In this document: positions 40,795 to 48,762 of the stretch, in pieces
How positions within the stretch are numbered: the first letter of the stretch is position 1
Layout of the letters: the number at the start of each line of letters is the position of its first letter
Assembly: GCA_964523725.1 (NCBI GenBank)
Contig: CAZGAU010000005.1
Span: 609-64,608, forward strand
Source of the DNA: an uncultured Saprospiraceae bacterium
GTDB taxonomy: Bacteria > Bacteroidota > Bacteroidia > Chitinophagales > Saprospiraceae
Length of the DNA: 64,000 nucleotides
Direction: 5' to 3'
Made by a program: the position numbers and the translations under genes
Notes under the pieces: model-generated
Databases searched by the model: none
What the model was told of the DNA's origin: nothing
What the model saw: the letters and a program-made list of their open reading frames with translations, nothing else

Positions 40795-41811
40795 TTATTT
40801 TGAAATAAGATTTGAGTTTTTTATTTCTTTTTGCAATTCATACTTCCATCCACGATTACTATCAATATTAATATATATCAAACCTGAAACATCACTGGGC
40901 ATTTCGACACCTTTATCTACAAGAATAATAGTCCTGCTGCGTCCTAATTTTGCCAAAAAGTAGCCAAGTTCTAAAATAACATTTTGTCTAGCTCTGGGTC
41001 TTAGGTCTTTTATATCATTATAATTCTTTATGCTACCTATATCGTCGCCTGTAAGTAAAATGATTGCATGCATAGCTTCAGAAGCAGCCTTTTCAAATTT
41101 TTCGATTAACGTTTGTCCTTCATTTGGGCGCTCATGAAGAATAATTGATTTAATTCCTAGTTCATTTTCTACAAACCTGGCGACTTCAAATTTAATGCTA
41201 CTGTCATGACCATGAACAATAAATACCTTATCTGGAATTGGACTTGTAGCTGTGCTTGAAAAAGATACATTCCCAAAATAATCTGGAAGATCATTATAAA
41301 GAATTTTTTCTACTTTTCCTGAGATTTCTAAAGCCCTTTCAGATTGAGGTTCAATTTCTAGCATCGCTTTTTTAGAAGATTCTTCTAAAATATTATACTT
41401 GTCGCCAGGGATCAAACGACTACTTTTTAGAACACTATCATATGTATCTCGTGAAATAATTTCTAACGCCTTTTTATTGGCTCCAGATTTAAGTACAACC
41501 GCAAAAACGGTAAGATTAGCACTTAATTCACATAATAAACCTACATTGTTATCATGTAAAACATTCAAATCTTTAGCGATTACGATGCTTAAATCCCTTG
41601 CTTTATCCCATATTCTACCATCATCTGCATGTTTTTCAAGATTATTAAGCATCGTAATATTATCAGATTCTTCAATGTTTAGTTTTTTTGCTATGATTTT
41701 AATATGATTCTGGATAATTTTTGCACTGTCATAATGTTTACGTTCTAATAAAGAAGCATATCGAATTATTTCAATTCCTAAATTAAAAGCCAAGCCGTAA
41801 TTCTGATTCAT
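40795..41811 (-). CDS. TIR-like domain protein (Cap12/PycTIR-type, PF10137-like C-terminal domain) with an uncharacterised helical N-terminal domain
   Basis: aa ~195-325 read KVFIVHGHD...HAIILLTGDD...RARQNVILELGYFLAKLGRSR...EMPSDVSGLIY. The N-terminal ~190 aa have no motif I recognise. The gene is strongly AT-rich relative to its neighbours. Confidence 0.75.
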   Translation of the reverse strand: MNQNYGLAFNLGIEIIRYASLLERKHYDSAKIIQNHIKIIAKKLNIEESDNITMLNNLEKHADDGRIWDKARDLSIVIAKDLNVLHDNNVGLLCELSANLTVFAVVLKSGANKKALEIISRDTYDSVLKSSRLIPGDKYNILEESSKKAMLEIEPQSERALEISGKVEKILYNDLPDYFGNVSFSSTATSPIPDKVFIVHGHDSSIKFEVARFVENELGIKSIILHERPNEGQTLIEKFEKAASEAMHAIILLTGDDIGSIKNYNDIKDLRPRARQNVILELGYFLAKLGRSRTIILVDKGVEMPSDVSGLIYINIDSNRGWKYELQKEIKNSNLISK

Positions 41812-41858
41812 AATTCTACATTTATTAGTTGTTAGTTAATAGTGAAGAACCATCTTTA

Positions 41859-41866
41859 CAAAAATA
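41859..41866 (-). promoter_or_regulatory. putative -7 promoter box (TATTTTTG) for the TIR-like gene
   Basis: Matches the Bacteroidetes TAnnTTTG consensus about 48 nt upstream of the ATG. I saw no well-spaced -33 TTG. Confidence 0.3.
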
Positions 41867-42028
41867 AAAAACGGATTTAATTTCAAAAAGCACCAAACGC
41901 TTAATTTATTGAATAAATATTATTCTAAGAGGAACTCTCCCCGCCCAAATTTGTTTCTTCTCAAAGCACGAGGTACGAAGTTGGTTGGAAGTACGGTAAA
42001 AGAAGTACGAGGGCTTTTGTACTTTTGT

Positions 42029-42128
42029 TGGAATATTGGAAGGATGGAATGCTGGAATACAGGAAAGTAAGGGCGGCTGTCGCTTTGGGATTCCAATTTT
42101 CCACCGTTCCAACATTCCATTACTCCAA
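42029..42128. repeat. imperfect ~33-bp inverted repeat built from TTGGAA/TTCCAA words
   Basis: The left arm TTGGAATATTGGAAGGATGGAATGCTGGAATAC matches the reverse complement of the right arm (42088-42128) at about 25 of 33 positions by hand alignment. Confidence 0.6.
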
Positions 42129-42162
42129 GCCTTAAGGGCAAAATTCAGAACATTAGAAGAAA

Positions 42163-44547
42163 ATGTTATTAGAACCGAAAGATTTATACGAACGACTGGA
42201 ATTTGACAAGGTGCTGGAACTGGTGGAGAGCGAGTGTCTCGGCGAGCTGGGACGCGAGGCAGTGCAGGCGATCCGGCCCGATACGCGGCGTGGCTCCATC
42301 GAGCAGCGGCTGCTGGAGGTGAAGGAATTTAAGCTTACGCTGGACAAAGGCGATATTTTCCCGATCACCGAGTATTTCGACATCGCGGAAGACCTGTATT
42401 ACCTGCGCATCGAGGATTATGTGCTCAGCGAGGAGAGCTTCAAGCGCCTGGCGATCGTGCTGCGCTTTGTGCGCGATATTTTCTGGTATTTCAATCCAAC
42501 CCGCCGCGAGATTTATCCGAATCTGTATCGCATTATCCAACCCATTGTGTTTGAGGAGTCTTTGATCAAATCAATTGAAAAAGTCATTGACGATCAGGGG
42601 AATATCCGACCCGATGCCTCACCGGAATTGCAGAAAATCCGCAAACAAATCCAGGATAAGCAAAAGGAACTCGACAAACGATTCCGCATTCTCATCAACG
42701 ATTTCAAAACCAAAGGCTGGCTGGCGGACAGCGTGGAAAGTATCCGCAACGGGCGCCGCGTGCTGACCGTGCCTTCCGAGCATAAGCGCAAGGTGCGCGG
42801 GATCATCCACGACGAAAGTACAACGGGTAAGACCGCCTTCATCGAGCCGGAGAGCATCATTGAGGTTAATAACGATATTTTCGACCTCGAAACCGAGGAA
42901 CGCCGCGAGATTTACCGCATTTTGAAAGAATTGAGCGCGACCATCCGACCCTATGCCGACCCGATTCAAACTTATATGGATTTGCTGGTGCGCTTCGACG
43001 TGATCCGCGCCAAGGCGAAGATCGCGCAACGCATGAACGGCAAGATGCCGAGGTTGTTCGACAAGCCGAATTTCGGGTTTAAAGAAGCCTATCATCCGCT
43101 ATTGTTGCTGAAAAACAAGCAGTTAGACCGGAAAACGGTTCCGTTTGACATGATCCTGATCGGGAATAATCGCATTGTGATGCTGAGCGGCCCGAACGCT
43201 GGGGGTAAGTCGATTACCTTGAAATCGGTGGGCTTGTTGCAACTCATGCTGCAATCGGGTATGCTGGTGCCGGTGGATGAGCTGTCGGAATTCGGGATTT
43301 TCCAGCATATTTTTGCGGACATCGGCGACCAGCAATCGCTGGAGGATGACCTGAGTACTTACTCTTCGCATTTGTCGAATATGAAGCTTTTTGTAGAAAG
43401 TGCTGATAATAAGACGCTTATCCTGTTTGATGAATTTGGCGCAGGTACCGATCCCAAAATTGGCGGCGCGATTGCGGAAGCGATCCTGAATGAATTGAAC
43501 CGGAAAAATGTGTACGGCGTGGTAACGACGCACTATTCCAACCTGAAAATTTATGCTTTCAAGACGCGGGGTATCGTGAATGGCTCGATGTGGTTTGATA
43601 AGGATACACTTTCGCCGACCTATGAATTTAAGGTTGGGCGACCGGGAAGTTCCTATGCGTATGAAATTGCGCAAAAAACTGGCTTACAGAAGAAAGTACT
43701 CGATTATGCCCGGCATCGGACAGGTAAAAATGAGCAAGCGGTTGATCAATTGTTGATTGATTTGCAACGTGAAAAACAGGAGCTGGAAGATCAGCTTGCC
43801 AAAATCGGCGAGCGTGAGCAGCAGTTAGAAAAATTGATTAAGAATTATGACCAGTTGCACCGGGAGTTGGAATTCCGTCGCAAGAAGCTGAAGTTGGAAT
43901 TAAAAGAAAAAGAATTGCAGCAGATTGCCCAGGAAAACAAGGAGTTAGAGCGTCTGATGCGTGAGATCAAAGAAGAGAAAAACCTGGAAAAAGCGAAGGA
44001 ATTGGCTGCCAAAGTCCGCGAGGAGCGTAAGCAAAAAGCGGAAGAAGTGGCTACCATCGTGGAAGAAGTCTATCATGAACCGGCAAAGGTCAACAAAAAA
44101 GCGCCGATCAAGGAAGGAGATTTTGTGCGGCTGGTCTCAGGCAGCGCCACGGGTAGGGTAGTGTCGGTAGACAAAAAGCAAGCTGTAGTGCTCATCGGCG
44201 ATATGCGGATGACCGTGAAGCTCAGAGATTTGGAGCATTCTAGAGAGCCTTTGGATGTAAATGCTTCCAAGAGTGTGCAAACCGATCTGACTCAGAACTC
44301 AGCTTTCCAATCTAAACTTGATATCCGGGGCCTGCGCCCGGAGGAAGCGATGAAAGTGCTGGAAGATTTTTTCGATCAGGCGTTAATGACCAATACCAAT
44401 AATCTGCGCATTTTACATGGTAAAGGAACTGGCGCTTTGCGCAATGCGGTACGCTCCAAGCTAAAGGAATATAATGTAGCGATGAATATCAGCCATCCGC
44501 ATCCGGAGCTTGGCGGAGATGGGGTGACACTGGTGGAGTTTAAATAG
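42163..44547 (+). CDS. mutS2: endonuclease MutS2 (MutS domain V ATPase plus C-terminal Smr)
   Basis: Walker A GPNAGGKS, DEFGAGTDP, a long coiled coil, and the Smr domain (LDIRGLRPEEA...LRILHGKGTGALR). Confidence 0.92.
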   Translation: MLLEPKDLYERLEFDKVLELVESECLGELGREAVQAIRPDTRRGSIEQRLLEVKEFKLTLDKGDIFPITEYFDIAEDLYYLRIEDYVLSEESFKRLAIVLRFVRDIFWYFNPTRREIYPNLYRIIQPIVFEESLIKSIEKVIDDQGNIRPDASPELQKIRKQIQDKQKELDKRFRILINDFKTKGWLADSVESIRNGRRVLTVPSEHKRKVRGIIHDESTTGKTAFIEPESIIEVNNDIFDLETEERREIYRILKELSATIRPYADPIQTYMDLLVRFDVIRAKAKIAQRMNGKMPRLFDKPNFGFKEAYHPLLLLKNKQLDRKTVPFDMILIGNNRIVMLSGPNAGGKSITLKSVGLLQLMLQSGMLVPVDELSEFGIFQHIFADIGDQQSLEDDLSTYSSHLSNMKLFVESADNKTLILFDEFGAGTDPKIGGAIAEAILNELNRKNVYGVVTTHYSNLKIYAFKTRGIVNGSMWFDKDTLSPTYEFKVGRPGSSYAYEIAQKTGLQKKVLDYARHRTGKNEQAVDQLLIDLQREKQELEDQLAKIGEREQQLEKLIKNYDQLHRELEFRRKKLKLELKEKELQQIAQENKELERLMREIKEEKNLEKAKELAAKVREERKQKAEEVATIVEEVYHEPAKVNKKAPIKEGDFVRLVSGSATGRVVSVDKKQAVVLIGDMRMTVKLRDLEHSREPLDVNASKSVQTDLTQNSAFQSKLDIRGLRPEEAMKVLEDFFDQALMTNTNNLRILHGKGTGALRNAVRSKLKEYNVAMNISHPHPELGGDGVTLVEFK

Positions 44548-44571
44548 GTTGAAAAGTTTAAAGGTTGATGG

Positions 44572-44608
44572 GTTGATAGGTTGAATTGGATCATTTCAAC
44601 CTATCAAC
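44572..44608. terminator. perfect 14-bp hairpin between convergent mutS2 and ndk
   Basis: GTTGATAGGTTGAA (44572-85) pairs with TTCAACCTATCAAC (44595-608) around a 9-nt loop. Confidence 0.6.
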
Positions 44609-44619
44609 GATTAAAAGGT

Positions 44620-45042
44620 TCAACCGAAAATTTCTACGCCTGCGAAGTGGAATGCGCTTTCGATAGCGGCATTTTCGTCGGAGTCGGAACCGTGAACGGC
44701 GTTTTCGCCTACATTTTTCGCGTACATCGCACGGATGGTGCCGGGTTCTGCTTTAGCGGGATCAGTTGCGCCGATCAATTTGCGGAAATCTTCTACCGCA
44801 TTGTCTTTTTCCAAAATTGCAGCCACGATCGGGCCGGAAGACATAAAGTCCACTAATTCGCCATAGAACGGGCGTTCTTTGTGTACCGCATAGAATTCTC
44901 CGGCTTTTTCTTTTGACAATTGGGTCAATTTCATAGCCACGATGCGGAAGCCCGCTTCATTCATTTTCGCGAGAATTGCTCCGATGTGTCCGGCAGCAAC
45001 TGCGTCGGGTTTGATCATTGTAAATGTTCTGTTACCAGCCAT
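44620..45042 (-). CDS. ndk: nucleoside-diphosphate kinase
   Basis: [15 protein letters not shown]... and NAVHGSDS motifs. Start placed at the internal ATG, giving 140 aa. Confidence 0.92.
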   Translation of the reverse strand: MAGNRTFTMIKPDAVAAGHIGAILAKMNEAGFRIVAMKLTQLSKEKAGEFYAVHKERPFYGELVDFMSSGPIVAAILEKDNAVEDFRKLIGATDPAKAEPGTIRAMYAKNVGENAVHGSDSDENAAIESAFHFAGVEIFG

Positions 45043-45199
45043 TTTCTTACTATATTTTTGATTTTCAGAAACAAGGTTTTTCAAAAAGCAGCGCAAAACT
45101 AAATAAACCGCGTTAAACCTGCTAAACCTCGAAGATAAATTTTGGTTAATTTCCTATTTTTTGTCAACTTCGCATCTTGATTTTTCAGGCGTATAGCAA

Positions 45200-46210
45200 A
45201 TGGAGTATCTGCACGAAATTAAAGAAATACTATCCACGCCAAAGGACATAGTCATTACCACACACCGGAACCCGGATGGCGATGCGATTGGCTCTTCCTT
45301 GGCGATGTTCCACTATCTGAGCAGGATGGGGCACAGCGTAAAGGTTATTTCCCCTTCCGAATATCCTGATTTTTTGGAGTGGATGCCGGGGGTGAAAGAC
45401 ATCATTATTTATGATGTAGAACCTGAAGACGCCAAAGAAGTGGTAGAAAGAGCCGACGTCGTCTTTTTTCTTGACTTCAACGGACTGGATCGGATCGATA
45501 AGCTTGGAGAACTGATTGCCCCTCTGAATTGCACCAAAATCATGATCGATCACCATTTGTATCCAGAACCTTGTGCTGATTATCTTATTTCGGATACGAT
45601 GGTCAGTTCTACCTGCGAGTTGGTGTACGATTTCATCGAGCGTATCGGGGATAAGCAAAAAATTGACGTCGTTATTGCCGAGAGTATTTTTACAGGTATT
45701 TTGACTGATACAGGCTCTTTCAAATACAGTACTTCGCCTAAGCTGTTCAGAATTGTAGCAGATCTGATTGAATTGGGGGCAGATGATTACAAATTGCAGG
45801 ATTTAATTTTTAATAGCCTGAAAGAGAAGAATTTAAGATTGTTGGGGCATTGCCTTAACCGGCGTATGGAGATCCTGGAAGAATACCATACCGGGATTAT
45901 CACGCTTACAAAGGAAGATTATGTCCGTTTTGATATTCAACGCGGAGATACCGAAGGAATTGTCAACTATTTGTTGATGATGAAAAATGTAAAACTGGCA
46001 GCTTTTATTACAGAACAACCGACAATTGTAAAAATATCGCTTCGTTCCAAGGGTGATTTTTCCGTACAGGAGATTGCCAAAAAACACTTTAAGGGCGGAG
46101 GTCACAAAAACGCAGCCGGCGGTTTTTCCTTCCAAAATCTGCGTGCTACGGTGAAAAAGTTTAAGGAATTACTACCGGAATACGAGGGAAAATTGAAAAA
46201 GTTAATTTGA
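45200..46210 (+). CDS. nrnA: bifunctional oligoribonuclease/pAp phosphatase NrnA (DHH/DHHA1)
   Basis: HRNPDGDAIGS, DHH, and GGGHKNAAGG motifs. Confidence 0.88.
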   Translation: MEYLHEIKEILSTPKDIVITTHRNPDGDAIGSSLAMFHYLSRMGHSVKVISPSEYPDFLEWMPGVKDIIIYDVEPEDAKEVVERADVVFFLDFNGLDRIDKLGELIAPLNCTKIMIDHHLYPEPCADYLISDTMVSSTCELVYDFIERIGDKQKIDVVIAESIFTGILTDTGSFKYSTSPKLFRIVADLIELGADDYKLQDLIFNSLKEKNLRLLGHCLNRRMEILEEYHTGIITLTKEDYVRFDIQRGDTEGIVNYLLMMKNVKLAAFITEQPTIVKISLRSKGDFSVQEIAKKHFKGGGHKNAAGGFSFQNLRATVKKFKELLPEYEGKLKKLI

Positions 46211-46236
46211 CGAAAATTATTAATAAACAAATTTTT

Positions 46237-47139
46237 ATGAGAATTTCCTTATTTATTGTTGCTGCTCTATCCATTCTTCTGGTGCAGGGATGCAAAAAAG
46301 AAGAAATGAAAGTGACGCCGAGCGGATACCAGTATATTGTACATAATAGTACTGGCGGTGCAAAGCCCAAGCCGGGCGATTATGTGTATTTCCATGCCCA
46401 GATGCGCGGGGTGGATACGGTATATTTTGCCAGCCGTGACATGGGGCAGGCGCCTGTTTTGCAAATTCCTACGGAAATGGATCAGCAGGCAAACGCTAAT
46501 CGCCCGCCTTCACCAGTGGAGGAAGTATTACGCGATATGGCAATTGGTGACAGTGTAACGGTAATTATCCGTTTGGATACCATGCCGGTAAAACCTCCGG
46601 GTTTGGAAGACGTCAAAGAAATATTCTACGACGTAGTGAGTGTTGACATCAAAGACCAGGCAAAATTTGAGCTGGATGCTCAAAAGGAAAGAGACGCAGA
46701 AAGAACCAAGCGCGAAGCTGCTATGCAACGCGAAGCCGAAGTGGCTGCAAAGGTCAATGATTTTGTTAAACAGTATAATTCAAAGGCTTTAGGCAATAAA
46801 CTGAAGACCACCTCCTCCGGTTTGAAATATATGATGATGGAAGAAGGTTCAGGTAAAAAAGCACAAGCCGGCAAAATGCTGAACGTACATTATTACGGTG
46901 CTTTGACCGATGGTACGATGTTTGACAACTCTTTCTCCAGAGGTACGCCGCACGCTTTTATGATCGGACAGAATGCAGTGATTCCAGGCTATGAGGAAGG
47001 CGTAGGTATGCTGAAAGAAGGCGGTAAAGCTATTCTGGTGATTCCGCCGGATCTGGGTTACGGTGCTGAAGGTGCTCCCCCTAGCATTCCAGGCAATGCC
47101 GAGCTTATTTTCTACATCGAGCTGGAAAAAGCGAACTAA
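46237..47139 (+). CDS. FKBP-type peptidyl-prolyl cis-trans isomerase lipoprotein
   Basis: Lipobox LVQGC. The C-terminal FKBP domain reads VHYYGALTDGTMFDNSFSRG...IPGYEEG...PPDLGYG. Confidence 0.85.
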   Translation: MRISLFIVAALSILLVQGCKKEEMKVTPSGYQYIVHNSTGGAKPKPGDYVYFHAQMRGVDTVYFASRDMGQAPVLQIPTEMDQQANANRPPSPVEEVLRDMAIGDSVTVIIRLDTMPVKPPGLEDVKEIFYDVVSVDIKDQAKFELDAQKERDAERTKREAAMQREAEVAAKVNDFVKQYNSKALGNKLKTTSSGLKYMMMEEGSGKKAQAGKMLNVHYYGALTDGTMFDNSFSRGTPHAFMIGQNAVIPGYEEGVGMLKEGGKAILVIPPDLGYGAEGAPPSIPGNAELIFYIELEKAN

Positions 47140-47161
47140 TTCAGCTGTTTTTTTATTGTAG

Positions 47162-47210
47162 ATATTGGAATAATGAAGCTTCAGTTTCGTTATTCCAATA
47201 TTCATTTTTA
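47162..47210 (+). terminator. intrinsic terminator after the FKBP gene
   Basis: Perfect 12-bp stem, ATATTGGAATAA (47162-73) with TTATTCCAATAT (47190-201), followed by tcattttt. Confidence 0.65.
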
Positions 47211-47225
47211 CAAAAAACTATCATT

Positions 47226-48321
47226 ATGACTATCGAACAATTAAAAGGTCTGAAAGACAGGCTTGCTTCTCTTAGGAGGTATCTTTGACGTCGATCGGCG
47301 TCTGATACAAATCGAAGAGAAAGAACAACTTACACTTAACCCTAATTTTTGGGATGATCCCAAGGAGGCACAAAGCGTTCTGAAGGATTTAAAAAGTCAT
47401 AAAAATTGGGTAGAACAGTACAAGCAGGTGGCTCGTCAGGTGGAAGATGCCGAGGTACTGCTTGAGTTTTTCAAGGAGGGTGAAGTCAGCGAAGAAGAGG
47501 TAGATACAAAATACCGGGAAGCGCTGGCTACTGTAGAAGATTTGGAATTCCATTCTACGCTCAATCAGCCGGAAGACGAACTCGGTTGCATTTTGGAAAT
47601 CAATGCCGGCGCTGGTGGTACGGAAGCCTGTGACTGGGCGGAGATGCTCTACCGAATGTACCTGATGTGGGGCGAAAGCAAGGGCTACAAAATCAACGAA
47701 CTCTATCGACAGGATGGCGATGTGGCTGGTCTTAAGAGTGTTTCCCTGGAAATCGATGGCGATTTTTCTTACGGCATGCTCAAGGGAGAAAACGGTGTAC
47801 ACCGCCTGGTGCGCGTGAGTCCGTATAATGCTCAGGGCAAGCGAATGACTTCCTTTGCCTCGGTTTTTGTGCATCCTTTAATTGACGAACGCATCGAGGT
47901 GGAGATTAATTCTGCCGATTTGGAATGGGATACCTTCCGGGCCAGTGGTGCGGGTGGACAACACGTTAACAAAACTGAATCGGCAGTGCGGGTTCGTCAT
48001 ATTCCTTCGGGTATTGTTGTAGAATGTCAGCAGGAACGTTCTCAGATTCAAAACCGGGAAAAGGCCATGCAAATGCTGAAATCCCGTTTGTATGAAAAGG
48101 AATTAGAGCGACAACGTGCCGAAAAAGAGAAGGTCGAGTCCACCAAAATGAAAAATGAGTGGGGTTCTCAAATTCGCAGCTACGTGTTGGATGACCGCCG
48201 GGTGAAAGATCACCGAACCGGTTATCAAACTAGCCAGACAGATGCAGTGCTGGACGGTGATATCGACGAATTTTTGAAGGCATTTCTAATGCATCACGAG
48301 GAAGCGGAGTATCAGGAATAA
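47226..48321 (+). CDS. prfB: peptide chain release factor 2, made by programmed +1 frameshift (join 47226..47285, 47287..48321)
   Basis: Frame 0 encodes MTIEQLKGLKDRLASLRRYL and then TGA. The +1 frame continues DVDRRLIQIEE... and carries SPYNAQGKR and GGQHVNKTESAVR (GGQ). Confidence 0.92.
47271..47289 (+). promoter_or_regulatory. RF2 autoregulatory +1 frameshift site
   Basis: CTT AGG AGG TAT CTT TGA C: an internal Shine-Dalgarno-like AGGAGG, a 3-nt spacer, the slippery CTT, and an in-frame TGA followed by C. Confidence 0.9.
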
Positions 48322-48359
48322 ACAGTTGGTAGCAGGCAGTTTTTGGAAAAAATGACTGC

Positions 48360-48677
48360 CTACTGCACGCTGCTTACTTCGTCTCTTATCCACTTTTCAT
48401 AGGCTTCATTGGCTTCCACTTCAAATTTCATGATACAAGGTACTTCATAAGGGTGTACTTTTTCCACTTCTGATTTTACTTTTTCCCAATTTTCCAGGGT
48501 AGTTTTTACAATGGAAACCCATTCATTCTCATGTTGAATCGAACTTTGCCACCAGTAAGCACTCATGATCGGGAATATATTGGCACAGGCCACGTGTTTT
48601 GTCTGCAAAAGATGATCGCTGACCCTTTGGGCTTCTGCTTCGCTGCTATGTGTAATATAAATAATTGCAAAACTCAT
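48360..48677 (-). CDS. cutA: divalent-cation tolerance protein CutA
   Basis: 105 aa with HVACANIFP...SAYWW... and YEVPCI motifs typical of CutA1. Confidence 0.85.
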   Translation of the reverse strand: MSFAIIYITHSSEAEAQRVSDHLLQTKHVACANIFPIMSAYWWQSSIQHENEWVSIVKTTLENWEKVKSEVEKVHPYEVPCIMKFEVEANEAYEKWIRDEVSSVQ

Positions 48678-48762
48678 GTTTCAAATTTATTGATTTTCTT
48701 TGCAAATTACCGCTTGCACGGATTTTTCAAAATAACATTTTACTATCAGCAATTTTACAACA

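Noticed and set aside
40712-40963. 83-aa plus-strand ORF spanning hairpin C and the 3' end of the TIR-like gene; also minus-strand ORFs at 41906-42141 and 42153-42383.
   Set aside because: They lie across structured or low-complexity DNA, or antisense to real genes, and their translations are compositionally odd. Probably non-coding.
48334-48361. AGGCAGT/ACTGCCT 7-bp hairpin between prfB and cutA as a terminator.
   Set aside because: The T-runs lie in the loop rather than after the 3' arm on either strand, and the right arm overlaps the cutA stop. This is too weak to annotate.
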